64,000 bases of DNA from an uncultured Alphaproteobacteria bacterium (GTDB lineage Bacteria; Pseudomonadota; Alphaproteobacteria; Methylaequorales; Methylaequoraceae), in NCBI GenBank assembly GCA_902537615.1, contig CACBBU010000006.1, positions 1,085-65,084 of the forward strand, written 5' to 3'. The translations under genes and the position numbers were made by a program. A model generated the notes under the pieces. The model was not told the DNA's origin and searched no databases. It worked only from the letters and a program-made list of their open reading frames with translations. Positions within the stretch are counted from its first letter, which is position 1, and the number at the start of each line of letters is the position of its first letter. Shown here in pieces: positions 30,579 to 40,426 of this stretch.

Positions 30579-33461
30579 ATGAATCTCAAATTTTTAAAGA
30601 ATTTTTCAGTTTTTTTTTCAATACTACTTCTCATATTTTTTACTTTTTTATTTTCATTTAGCCTTATTATTTCAGAGAAACCAATGAAAATAAATATTTT
30701 AGATTTATTTGATAGAGAAAGTCAGATTTTAAAAAAAAAAAACGTACGTGAAATAGGTAATATTTACATTAGTTTTAATAAAATATCAAAAAAGTTTGAG
30801 TTTTTAATTGAAGATATTTTAATAAGTGATTTTTTCTTCCCAACTGTATTGATTAGTTTAGACCTAAGTTTGTCAAAAGATTTTTTTAATACATCGTTGA
30901 AGTTATATGATGGAGAACTTTCCTTAAGAGATAAGAAAAATTCAGATTTAAAAAAAAATTCTTCTGATTCTTTAGAAAAAATAGAAAATTTCACCAATAT
31001 TGGTTTAATAAATTTTTTTTCAGAGATAGAAGTTGTAAACAATAGATTAATTATTTTTGATAAAAATAATATAAAATTTGAATATATAATTGATTTAAAC
31101 TACGACAAAGAAAGTCTAAAAGGTCTACTTAGTCAATACAATAATCCAAATCAAAATTTAAGCTTTATGATTTCTAATAATAATCTTTTTTCTTCATATT
31201 TAGAGGCTAAAAATTTTAATGTTAAATTTATAGAGTCATTTTTTGCCAAAGATTATGTCTCTTTAAATGATTTAAAAATTTCTGGTATGGCTGAAATAAA
31301 AGGTGAAAATATTAAAAAGATTAATTATTTGGATTTTAATTTAAACTTAGATGGAAGTATTGAATATTTAACATTTGATGGTTCAAAAAAAATTGAATTT
31401 AGTGAGGATTCATTAATTGGTTCATTTAATGATGACAATATTGATATCTCGTCAAACTTTTTCGTTAACAAATCTTTATTTAAAGTTGGATTTAAAAAAA
31501 ACTCAGATGATTTCTCCTTTTTATATTTGGACATTAATAAAATCTCCGTTTCTAATCTCATGAAAATTTGGCCGAAAGATCTTGGTAAGTCAACTTATGA
31601 TTGGATGGTTAAAAATTCGAAAGGTAATATTGAAAATGTTAAAATTGAAATAGAAACTGAGTTTGAAAAAGGAAAATTTGAAACTAAAAATCTAAAAGGA
31701 AATTTTGAATGCAAGGATGTTGAAATTACCTATATGGAATCAATGCCTTCAGTTAGGGATATTAACGGGTTGGCAAAGATCTTTAAGGACAAGGTAGTAT
31801 TTGATATTAAATCAGGAAAATCAAATAATCTTAATTTAAAAGCAGGTGTAATAAGTCTTTATGATTTAAACACTGACATTGAGAAAGCTGATATATCTCT
31901 TGATATAATTTCACTAAATACTGATGTTGTGAAGTACCTCAACTTGACTACTATAGAAAAAAAAAATTATTCAAAATTAGAAAAAATTTCTGGAGAAGTA
32001 GATTTAAATTTGAACTTACAATTTCCATTATTAGTTGATCTAAAAGTGGAACAAATTAATTATTTTTCGACTGCAAATCTTTCAAATGGTTTTTTAAAGA
32101 ATCTTTATGAAGGTTATTCAATTGAGAACTTAAACTTAGATATTGAGGTTAATCCTGATTTTATAAATTACTCTGGTAGTGGTGAGATCAAAAATTCTCC
32201 CTTAAATTTTAAGGGGGAGCAAAAAAAAGTTAAAGATGAATTTTTAGACGAAATTAAAGGTAACCTTTTATATAATGGAGAAAATATCAGAGAATTTTTT
32301 CCTGGAATTATTGATGAAATATCTGGAGTTTTAGAATTAGACTTTATTATTAATAGTTACAATGATGACAATAAAGTTGAAGTAATTGGTAATACGGAAA
32401 ACCTTATTCTTAGTTCAAATTTTTTGGGCAAAAACTCAGTTTTTAGCGATGGAAAAGTCAGACTCTTAATAAGTCCATATGACAAAAATTATTCTGGATT
32501 TTTTGATTTAAAAACAAATAACGTGGATATTGAGATCAACACTGTTTTTTCAAATTTAGGATTATTATCTCTGAAAATTAACAAGTTTTTAACGCCGGTT
32601 CAGGATTTTAAAATGGACTTAGATTTAGAAAGTTCAGTTGCAAAATTGTCAGGAAATAAACTTTCTATTCCAAAAATTAATTTTACAGAGGAATCCTTTT
32701 TTTCTAAGTTGGATAATTTAGATTTAAATATTGACATTGAAAAAATTGTTTTAGCTAAAAATAACTTTTTAAGTCCTGTAATAAGTTTTAAAAAAGAAAA
32801 TTATGAATTTACAGACCTTAATATTGAGTTAAATGGGGAAAAGGATTATCACAAGATCCAAATTTTCAATGATAGTAAAAAAAAAAAATTTTTTTTAGAA
32901 TCTAATTACGCTCCAAGGTTATTTGACATTTTAGATATTAATTTAGACTTAAATAAAGGAAGTTTAAAAATTGAAGGCGAAAAGTCATCAGATACAGGTA
33001 ACTATGAGGGTAATATTGCTGGAAAAGATTTTGTATTTCTTGATGCCCCACTTTTTGCTGATTTTATCACATTGTTTTCTTTGACTGGGTTAGCACAAAA
33101 ACTAAAAGATGGTGGAATAATTTTTGAAGATTTTAAAAGCAGCTATGAATTTTCCAAAGATAAATTGAGATTAGTTGATAGCCTTATAAAGGGAAGCGAA
33201 TTAGGTTTAAGTTTTGATACAGTTGTAGGTTTTGAAAATGATTATTTTTTGACTACAGGAACAATAATACCCGCATATACTCTTAATACTCTAATAACAA
33301 ACTTTCCGATAGTTGGAGATATTATCACAGCTGGCTCTCCAGAAGATGGTTTGCTTGGAGCAAGCTTTAAAATAGAAAAAAAAGAAGGAGAGTTTGATAT
33401 ATCTTACAATCCTATTTCTGTTTTTGTTCCTAATCTTATCAAAAATTTTTTAACTGACTAG
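30579..33461 (+). CDS. large membrane-anchored AsmA/YhdP-like (DUF3971-type) envelope protein
   Basis: 960-aa ORF with one N-terminal TM helix and a long beta-rich N/K/D/S body. The C-terminal block ...GGIIFEDFKSSYEFSKDKLRLVDSLIKGSELGLSFDT...YNPISVFVPNLIKNF resembles the AsmA_2 C-terminus. Confidence 0.6.
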   Translation: MNLKFLKNFSVFFSILLLIFFTFLFSFSLIISEKPMKINILDLFDRESQILKKKNVREIGNIYISFNKISKKFEFLIEDILISDFFFPTVLISLDLSLSKDFFNTSLKLYDGELSLRDKKNSDLKKNSSDSLEKIENFTNIGLINFFSEIEVVNNRLIIFDKNNIKFEYIIDLNYDKESLKGLLSQYNNPNQNLSFMISNNNLFSSYLEAKNFNVKFIESFFAKDYVSLNDLKISGMAEIKGENIKKINYLDFNLNLDGSIEYLTFDGSKKIEFSEDSLIGSFNDDNIDISSNFFVNKSLFKVGFKKNSDDFSFLYLDINKISVSNLMKIWPKDLGKSTYDWMVKNSKGNIENVKIEIETEFEKGKFETKNLKGNFECKDVEITYMESMPSVRDINGLAKIFKDKVVFDIKSGKSNNLNLKAGVISLYDLNTDIEKADISLDIISLNTDVVKYLNLTTIEKKNYSKLEKISGEVDLNLNLQFPLLVDLKVEQINYFSTANLSNGFLKNLYEGYSIENLNLDIEVNPDFINYSGSGEIKNSPLNFKGEQKKVKDEFLDEIKGNLLYNGENIREFFPGIIDEISGVLELDFIINSYNDDNKVEVIGNTENLILSSNFLGKNSVFSDGKVRLLISPYDKNYSGFFDLKTNNVDIEINTVFSNLGLLSLKINKFLTPVQDFKMDLDLESSVAKLSGNKLSIPKINFTEESFFSKLDNLDLNIDIEKIVLAKNNFLSPVISFKKENYEFTDLNIELNGEKDYHKIQIFNDSKKKKFFLESNYAPRLFDILDINLDLNKGSLKIEGEKSSDTGNYEGNIAGKDFVFLDAPLFADFITLFSLTGLAQKLKDGGIIFEDFKSSYEFSKDKLRLVDSLIKGSELGLSFDTVVGFENDYFLTTGTIIPAYTLNTLITNFPIVGDIITAGSPEDGLLGASFKIEKKEGEFDISYNPISVFVPNLIKNFLTD

Positions 33462-34715
33462 CTGAATAACTCCATATTTTTTTTTCCCCACATAAATAAC
33501 AATATATTTTGGATCGTTGACAAAGCTGTCACAATTTAAAGTGTAATCTTTGTCTGTTATTGTTTTATGATCAAGTTTTACAGCTCCTTGTGTAATTAAT
33601 TTTTTTGCTTCACTGTTTGAGCTGCATAATTTGAGTTCCACTAGAGCTTGTTTAAGCGAAATATGAATTTTTTGATTTTCATTTAATAAAATCTTGTTTT
33701 CACATTTTGAAATTGTTTGTAAATCTAAGCTTTTATTCACAAGAATTTTTTGTGCTTCTTGTGCGGCATATTTTGATTCATTTTCGCCATGACAAATTTT
33801 TGTAACTTCATTCGCTAATATAATTTTTATTTTGTTGAGATTAGAACCATCTAATTTTTCATATTTTTTAATTTCTTCAATTTTTAGGTTTGTGAAAAGA
33901 TATAAAAATCTAATCACATCTTCATCAGCTGTATTTCTCCAGTATTGCCAAAAATTTTGTATACTATACTTATCCTTTGAAAGCCAAATAGCACCATCTG
34001 CAGTTTTGCCCATTTTTTTTCCATCAGAAGTGGTTATAAGTGGAGAAGTTAACCCAAAAACTTGTTCAGAATTTTTTATCTTTTTTATTAAATCAATGCC
34101 TGATACTATATTTCCCCACTGATCAGATCCCCCAAATTGAATTGTGCAATTGTATTTTTTAAATAGTTCAAAAAAGTCAAATGCTTGAAGAATAGAATAA
34201 TTAAATTCAAGGAAACTTAGATTTTGCTCACGCTTTAATCTTTGTTTAATTGATTCCAAAGATAGCATTTTATTTACGGAAAACTTACTACCAACATCCC
34301 TCAAAAAATTTATTAGATTTAAATTTGAAAGCCAGTCATAGTTATCCACTAGCAATGCCCCATTCTTCATGGAACTATCAAATGACAAAAATTTTTCAAA
34401 GACTTTTTTTAATTTTTTTTTATTGGAGTTTATTTCCTCCGCAGAAAGGATTTTCCTTGTTTCATCCTTGCCAGATGGATCTCCTATCAACGTGGTACCT
34501 CCTCCAAGTAAGATAATTGGTGTGTGACCAAAATCTTGAAAATGTTTTAAAATCATCAAGGGTAATAAAGAACCAACATGTAAGCTATCTGAGGTGCAGT
34601 CAAAGCCAATATATCCAATTGTTTTTGTAGCGAGAGTTTTTTTTAAATTTTTCTCATCAGTACATTGACTTATAAACCCCCTTTTTTTTATAAAATCTAA
34701 AAATTGATCATTCAT
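33450..34715 (-). CDS. tyrS: tyrosine--tRNA ligase
   Basis: HVGSLLPL (HIGH-type) and KMGKT (KMSKS-type) motifs, plus a C-terminal S4 domain. Confidence 0.92.
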   Translation of the reverse strand: MNDQFLDFIKKRGFISQCTDEKNLKKTLATKTIGYIGFDCTSDSLHVGSLLPLMILKHFQDFGHTPIILLGGGTTLIGDPSGKDETRKILSAEEINSNKKKLKKVFEKFLSFDSSMKNGALLVDNYDWLSNLNLINFLRDVGSKFSVNKMLSLESIKQRLKREQNLSFLEFNYSILQAFDFFELFKKYNCTIQFGGSDQWGNIVSGIDLIKKIKNSEQVFGLTSPLITTSDGKKMGKTADGAIWLSKDKYSIQNFWQYWRNTADEDVIRFLYLFTNLKIEEIKKYEKLDGSNLNKIKIILANEVTKICHGENESKYAAQEAQKILVNKSLDLQTISKCENKILLNENQKIHISLKQALVELKLCSSNSEAKKLITQGAVKLDHKTITDKDYTLNCDSFVNDPKYIVIYVGKKKYGVIQLVS

Positions 34716-34745
34716 TTTTCTATACTGAGGTTATAATACTAAATA

Positions 34746-35864
34746 ATGAAAAGAAAAGAATTTTATGCATTAGGTATAATGAGTGGTACATCAATTGATG
34801 GCTTGGACTTTTCATTAATTAAATCCGATGGTAAAGAAAAAATAAAAATCATTCAAAATAAGTATTACAAATTTAATAACAAATTAAAAATTAAAATCTC
34901 AAAAGGTATTTATAAATTTAAAAAGTTACAAATAGTTAATAAAGAAAATGAAATTTTTACAAAGTTAAATAAAGATTTTAGTAGATATCTCATGGAAAAA
35001 CTTTACTTATTTTTTTCATCCTCAAAAGTTAATATTAATAAAATAGATATGATAGGGATCCATGGAAATACTCTAATTCATAACCCTAAGGGTGGAAAAT
35101 CTATACAATTGGGTAATGCGGAATTTATTTCTAAAACATTGAATATACCAGTAATTGATAATTTTAGAAAAAAAGATATTTCATTAGGTGGCCAGGGAGC
35201 ACCCCTTGTTCCAATTTTTCATAAAGCGATTTTTTCAAAAAAAAAAACAAATATTATTGTTGTTAATATCGGAGGAATTTCAAATTTTACATTTCTAAAT
35301 GGGAAAAAAAATAATTTTTTAGCTTCTGATATTGGACCAGGTAATACTCTTATTGATAAATTTTGCTATGAAAATTTTGATAAAAATTTTGATTTCAATG
35401 GGAATTTGGCAAAAAAAGGAAAAATTGTATTTGAATTAATTAATTCATGGTTAAAAAATAAAATTTTTTTTCAAAAATTTCCAAAGTCGTTTGATATTCA
35501 AGACTTTAATTATATTGATTTTGAGAATTATAAAAAATATTCGCCTTATGATATTCTCAGAACTCTAACTTTTTTTTCAGCTAAATTAATTTCAATGTTA
35601 AAATTATCTATTAATTTTAAAGTTGATACTTGGATTTTTTCAGGAGGAGGAGTTAAAAATTCTTTACTAATGTCAGATATAAAAAATTTATTAATTGACG
35701 ATAAATTATTTATTTCAAGCTCATTAGGGTTTGATTCTTCATTCATAGAGTCAGCAGCTTTTGCGTATATTTCTATAAGAACTTTTAAAAAGCTTCCCTC
35801 TGCTTTTCCTAACACAACTGGATGTTTAAAGAAAAATGTTTGTGGGAGTATCTATGTCCCTTAG
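34746..35864 (+). CDS. anmK: anhydro-N-acetylmuramic acid kinase
   Basis: GIMSGTSIDGLDFSL N-terminus, a GGQGAPLVP loop, and 372 aa in length. Confidence 0.88.
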   Translation: MKRKEFYALGIMSGTSIDGLDFSLIKSDGKEKIKIIQNKYYKFNNKLKIKISKGIYKFKKLQIVNKENEIFTKLNKDFSRYLMEKLYLFFSSSKVNINKIDMIGIHGNTLIHNPKGGKSIQLGNAEFISKTLNIPVIDNFRKKDISLGGQGAPLVPIFHKAIFSKKKTNIIVVNIGGISNFTFLNGKKNNFLASDIGPGNTLIDKFCYENFDKNFDFNGNLAKKGKIVFELINSWLKNKIFFQKFPKSFDIQDFNYIDFENYKKYSPYDILRTLTFFSAKLISMLKLSINFKVDTWIFSGGGVKNSLLMSDIKNLLIDDKLFISSSLGFDSSFIESAAFAYISIRTFKKLPSAFPNTTGCLKKNVCGSIYVP

Positions 35865-35866
35865 TT

Positions 35867-36499
35867 TTAAGGTGAATTACAATATTTTTTTACTTTTTCT
35901 ATAACTTTATTTTCATTATTGTTAAAAAAATGATCAGAAGATTTAATAACTTCTTGCTTTACATCAATTGTTTTTTGCTGGTTTAATCTTTTTACAACAT
36001 CTTTTATCAAATTAACCTCTACTAATGGATCTTTATCAGCATTTATTACAATTCCAGACGCTGGACAAGGAGCTAAAAAGTTAAAATCATACTTTCCGAC
36101 CGGAGGGCTTACTAAAATAAATTTTAAAATTTCAGGTCTCCTCATCAGTAATTGCATTCCCACCCATGCGCCAAAAGAAATACCACAAATCCAGTATTCT
36201 TGTGAATCTTGATTCTGATTTTGTAGCCAGTCAAGTGCAATAGCAGAGTCTGCAAGTTCACCTTCACTTCCATCATGTTCTCCATCAGATTTTCCTACAC
36301 CTCTAAAGTTAAATCTGAGTGTTGAAAACCCTACATCCGAGAATAATTTATGTAATTTTAGTGATAAAGGGTTATTCATATTACCACCATGACCTGGGTG
36401 AGCATGTAAGATTAAAGCTGTTGGCGATTCCGGCTTTGTGTTGTGGGTATAATGTCCTTCAAGACGACCAGATGGACCATTTAATAAGATTGAGGGCAT
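35867..36499 (-). CDS. alpha/beta hydrolase (COG2945 type)
   Basis: 210-aa ORF with LRFNFRGVGKSDG and the nucleophile elbow GISFG. Confidence 0.7.
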   Translation of the reverse strand: MPSILLNGPSGRLEGHYTHNTKPESPTALILHAHPGHGGNMNNPLSLKLHKLFSDVGFSTLRFNFRGVGKSDGEHDGSEGELADSAIALDWLQNQNQDSQEYWICGISFGAWVGMQLLMRRPEILKFILVSPPVGKYDFNFLAPCPASGIVINADKDPLVEVNLIKDVVKRLNQQKTIDVKQEVIKSSDHFFNNNENKVIEKVKKYCNSP

Positions 36500-36562
36500 T
36501 TATACTTGACTAATTTGGTAGGATATATTAATTATTGATTCTTATATTATAAATTTTAAAAA

Positions 36563-37312
36563 ATGTCAAAAAATATTTTTTCACTTATCAGATCAGATTT
36601 GCATGCTGCAAAAAAAAGAGACCCAGCAGCTAGATCTTACCTAGAAATAATCTTAACTTATTCAGGTTTTCACGCAATTCTATTTCACAGAATTTGTCAT
36701 TTTCTTTGGAAAATAAAATTAAAACTTCTCTCAAGATTTATAGCCAATTTCTCAAGGATTTTTACATCAATTGAAATACACCCTGCTGCTGTTGTTGACG
36801 AGGGCTTCTTTATTGATCATGGATCAGGTTTGGTAATAGGAGAAACTTCAGTAATCGGAAAAAATGTTACTATCTATCAACAAGCTACATTAGGCGGACT
36901 ATCCCCATCTATAGATTCAGATTTACAAAGAAATGTTAAAAGGCATCCTACCATTGGAAACAACGTTATAATTGGTTCTGGTGCCCAAGTTCTAGGGCCA
37001 ATATTGATTGGTCACAACTCAAGAATTGGGACGAATGCAGTTGTTTTAAAAAATGTTCCAGATAACCATACATTTGTTGGTATACCAGCCAGAAAAGTTG
37101 AATCACAACATCAAAAAGAATCTTTTGAAGCATATGGTGTCAGTGAAGGAAAAATTGATGACCCAAATAAAAAAAGCATCTTAGCCATGTTTAATGAAAT
37201 TCATTTACTAAATGAAAAAATTAAATCAATTGAATCTAAGATCAATAATATCTCCTTTATTGATCAAAACGAAAAAACTGATAAAAAAATTAAAAAAACT
37301 AAGGATAAATAA
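36563..37312 (+). CDS. cysE: serine O-acetyltransferase
   Basis: The N-terminal DPAARSYLEIILTYSGFHAILFHR is followed by left-handed beta-helix hexapeptide repeats (IGNNVIIGSGAQVLG...). Confidence 0.88.
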   Translation: MSKNIFSLIRSDLHAAKKRDPAARSYLEIILTYSGFHAILFHRICHFLWKIKLKLLSRFIANFSRIFTSIEIHPAAVVDEGFFIDHGSGLVIGETSVIGKNVTIYQQATLGGLSPSIDSDLQRNVKRHPTIGNNVIIGSGAQVLGPILIGHNSRIGTNAVVLKNVPDNHTFVGIPARKVESQHQKESFEAYGVSEGKIDDPNKKSILAMFNEIHLLNEKIKSIESKINNISFIDQNEKTDKKIKKTKDK

Positions 37313-37337
37313 TAGAGAATTATAAAAGGTTTAAAAA

Positions 37338-37817
37338 ATGAAATTAACATCAAAAGGAAGATTTGCAGTAATGTCATTAGTGGATATTGCAATTAACTCA
37401 GTTGGTAATAAACCAGTAAGTTTATCAGAAATATCATCTAGACAAGATATTTCCTTACCTTTTTTAGAACAAATTTTTATTTCGTTAAAAAAAAGTGGTA
37501 TAGTCAAAAGTGTTAGAGGACCTTTAGGTGGATATACTTTTGCAAAAAACCCTGATTTCATTAAGATTTATGATGTTATTAAAGCTATTGATGAGGATTT
37601 AAAAATTATGAGGTGTAATGGTGTTGACTTTGGTTGTATTCCAAACAAAAGAAAAACTAAATGTTTGACTCATAATCTTTGGAATCAACTATCAAATCAT
37701 ATTTTCTTTTTTTTAAGTTCGGTATCAATCAATGATGTTAGAAAAAATAGCTATGAGTCAATATTAAACTTTGAAAAAAACTTCAATAAATGTGATGAAA
37801 GGAATTATTTGAGATAA
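37338..37817 (+). CDS. iscR: Rrf2 family transcriptional regulator (IscR-like)
   Basis: MKLTSKGRFAVMSLVDIA winged-helix start. It has three spaced Cys residues (C..C..C around 93-110) and lies directly upstream of iscS. Confidence 0.8.
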   Translation: MKLTSKGRFAVMSLVDIAINSVGNKPVSLSEISSRQDISLPFLEQIFISLKKSGIVKSVRGPLGGYTFAKNPDFIKIYDVIKAIDEDLKIMRCNGVDFGCIPNKRKTKCLTHNLWNQLSNHIFFFLSSVSINDVRKNSYESILNFEKNFNKCDERNYLR

Positions 37818-37886
37818 TTAAGTATTAGCGTGAAATTTAATGTAGATATAAATTGAATATTTAGAATTAAATAATAAATATAAATT

Positions 37887-39107
37887 ATGCAAAATGTAAA
37901 TAATATATACTTTGACTATCAGGCAACAACTCCGGTTGATCCAAGAGTTCTTGAAAAAATGATACCGTACTTTTCGGATATTTATGGAAACCCACATTCT
38001 AGAAACCACTCATTTGGATGGTTCGCAGAAGAAGCCGTTGAGGTGGCCAGAGAAAATGTAGCTAAGATAATAGGTGCAAACCCAAAGGAAATAATTTTCA
38101 CCTCTGGAGCTACTGAATCTAATAATCTAGCAATTAAGGGTCTCGCAGAATTTTACGGAGACAAAAAGAACCATATTATCACTTGTGTAACCGAACATAA
38201 ATGTGTTTTAGAATCTTGTAGATATCTTTCTGAAAAAAAAGATTTTGATATTACATACCTTCCCGTTAAACCTGATGGCTTGATTGATTTAAATGTGCTT
38301 GAAAGTCATATTTCTGAAAAAACACTTATGGTTTCAATCATGGGTGTTCATAACGAAATTGGTGTCATTCAGCCTTTAAAGGAAATTGGAAAAATTTGCA
38401 GAGATAAAGGAGTCTTTTTTCATTCTGATTGTGCTCAGGCAATTGGAAAGATAGAATTAGATGTTGAAGAAATGAATTTAGATTTAATGAGTATCTCAGG
38501 TCATAAGATTTATGCCCCAAAGGGTGTCGGAGCACTTTACATTAGAAGAAAACCAAGAGTTAGGATTTCAGCTATTATGAGCGGAGGTGGACAGGAAAGG
38601 GGAATGAGATCTGGAACCTTGTCCCCAGCTCTATGCGTAGGTTTAGGCGAAGCATGTAACATTTATAGTAAAGAAATGAAAAAAGAGAATGAAAAAATTA
38701 CTAAATTAAAAAACAGACTACTCAACGGAATTAGAAACTCTTGTTCTGACATTTACCTAAATGGTTCGGAAACCCACAGAGTTCCTGGTAACCTCAACCT
38801 AAGTTTTGCTTACATAGAAGGCGAATCACTCATGATGGGTATAAAAAATCTTGCTGTTTCCTCAGGCTCCGCCTGTACATCAGCTTCTTTAGAACCATCT
38901 TATGTCCTCAAAGCCTTAGGGGTTGAGGAAGAGCTTGCTCACACAAGTTTGAGAATTGGTCTTGGGAGATTCACCACTGAAAATGACGTTGATTCTGCCG
39001 TTAAACAGATTGTGAGTGAAGTTAAAAGACTTAGGTCACTTAGTCCTCTTTGGGAGATGGCTCAAGAAGGCGTTGATTTAAGTAAAATTAAATGGGCTAG
39101 TCATTAG
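37887..39107 (+). CDS. iscS: cysteine desulfurase IscS
   Basis: [20 protein letters not shown]-lysine motif, SSGSACTS active-site loop and a ...KWASH C-terminus. Confidence 0.95.
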   Translation: MQNVNNIYFDYQATTPVDPRVLEKMIPYFSDIYGNPHSRNHSFGWFAEEAVEVARENVAKIIGANPKEIIFTSGATESNNLAIKGLAEFYGDKKNHIITCVTEHKCVLESCRYLSEKKDFDITYLPVKPDGLIDLNVLESHISEKTLMVSIMGVHNEIGVIQPLKEIGKICRDKGVFFHSDCAQAIGKIELDVEEMNLDLMSISGHKIYAPKGVGALYIRRKPRVRISAIMSGGGQERGMRSGTLSPALCVGLGEACNIYSKEMKKENEKITKLKNRLLNGIRNSCSDIYLNGSETHRVPGNLNLSFAYIEGESLMMGIKNLAVSSGSACTSASLEPSYVLKALGVEEELAHTSLRIGLGRFTTENDVDSAVKQIVSEVKRLRSLSPLWEMAQEGVDLSKIKWASH

Positions 39108-39129
39108 TTAATTTTAGAAAGGAAATATC

Positions 39130-39513
39130 ATGGCATATAGCAAGAAATTAATCGATCACTATGAGAACCCAAGAAACGTTGGGTCTATGGACAAAGAGTC
39201 AAAAGAAGTTGGAACAGGCTTGGTTGGAGCCCCAGCTTGCGGTGATGTAATGAAACTTCAAATTAAAGTTAATGATTCGGGAATTATTGAAGATGCAAAA
39301 TTTAAAACTTTCGGATGTGGATCAGCAATAGCTTCAAGTTCTTTAATAACTGAATGGGTCAAGGGAAAAAAAATAGATCAAGCTTCAGAGATTAAAAATA
39401 CAGAAATTGCTAATCACCTCGCTTTACCTCCAGTAAAAATTCATTGCTCAGTTTTAGCGGAGGATGCAATTAAAGCTGCCATTGCTGATTATAAAGACAA
39501 AAATAAAAAATGA
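39130..39513 (+). CDS. iscU: Fe-S cluster assembly scaffold IscU
   Basis: GAPACGDVMKL, FGCGSAIASSS and HCSVLAEDA motifs, with the LPPVK HscA-binding motif. Confidence 0.95.
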   Translation: MAYSKKLIDHYENPRNVGSMDKESKEVGTGLVGAPACGDVMKLQIKVNDSGIIEDAKFKTFGCGSAIASSSLITEWVKGKKIDQASEIKNTEIANHLALPPVKIHCSVLAEDAIKAAIADYKDKNKK

Positions 39514-39833
39514 TTACTGTAACCGACAGCGCTGTTGATCAAATTAAAAAAATGATGTCATCAAGATCAAACACACCGCACGGGATCAAACTAGGTGTTA
39601 ATACGAAGGGTTGTTCAGGATTGTCTTATACTCTTCAATATGTTGACATAGTGGATAACAATGATGAAATCTTTGAATTTGATAACATAAAGATTTTTGT
39701 AGATCCTAAATCCTCTTTATTTCTGATTGGTACTCAAATGGATTATGTGGAAGGTGAACTTGAGTCTGGGTTTAAATTCGTAAACCCTAACGAAAAGGGT
39801 AGGTGCGGGTGCGGCGAATCCTTTCACGTTTAG
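39510..39833 (+). CDS. iscA: iron-sulfur cluster insertion protein IscA (A-type carrier)
   Basis: 107-aa HesB-type ORF with GCSGLSY and the C-terminal CGCGESF. Confidence 0.9.
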   Translation: MITVTDSAVDQIKKMMSSRSNTPHGIKLGVNTKGCSGLSYTLQYVDIVDNNDEIFEFDNIKIFVDPKSSLFLIGTQMDYVEGELESGFKFVNPNEKGRCGCGESFHV

Positions 39834-39846
39834 TCATACATAATTA

Positions 39847-40419
39847 ATGACATCATCAAAAAATTGTTGGAGTTGTAATAAAACAATAGGCTACAAAGAT
39901 CTTGTTTGTAAAGCATGCGGAGTCTTACAAAAACCTGTAGAGTTAAACCCTTTTGATGTTTTTTCACTTGCAAAAAAGTTTGAAATTAACAAAAAAATTC
40001 TTGAGGATAAATACTTCAAGCTTCAAAGTCTTTTACACCCGGACAAGTTCATAAATGCAAGTCAAGAAGAAAAACACTTCTCAAATGTTCACACTTCTTT
40101 AGTTAACAATGCATTCAAGATTTTGGGTGATGATGTTAGTAGGATAAAAGCTTTACTAGAATATTCTGGTTACCAAATAAGCGAGAATGAATCTTTTCAA
40201 GATGTTTCAGTGTTGGAAGAAATCATGGAATTGCAAAATATGTCAATGTCGGTAGAAAGTGAAAGTGAAAAAAAAAAAATACAATCTCACTTAAAAGTTA
40301 AGATAAAAAAAGAAATAAAAAAGATTTCTCAATTTTTTAATGAAAAAAAATATAAGGATGTACATAATTCATGTATAAAACTTTCATACCTTCAAAAAAT
40401 TAATATTAATTTGAAATAA
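39847..40419 (+). CDS. hscB: Fe-S co-chaperone HscB with an N-terminal tetracysteine module
   Basis: A J domain (LLHPDKF) lies between iscA and hscA. The N-terminus reads CWSC-x10-CKAC. Confidence 0.85.
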   Translation: MTSSKNCWSCNKTIGYKDLVCKACGVLQKPVELNPFDVFSLAKKFEINKKILEDKYFKLQSLLHPDKFINASQEEKHFSNVHTSLVNNAFKILGDDVSRIKALLEYSGYQISENESFQDVSVLEEIMELQNMSMSVESESEKKKIQSHLKVKIKKEIKKISQFFNEKKYKDVHNSCIKLSYLQKININLK

Positions 40420-40426
40420 ATAAATT

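Noticed and set aside
36500-36562. TTGACT ... TAATTA promoter-like pair upstream of cysE
   Set aside because: The -10 match is poor (3 of 6). In roughly 80% A/T spacers such hexamers occur by chance, so there is not enough support to annotate a promoter.
37818-38009. 63-aa minus-strand ORF spanning the iscR-iscS spacer
   Set aside because: It overlaps the iscS start region in antisense and has an implausible sequence. The spacer more likely holds the iscS promoter or RBS.
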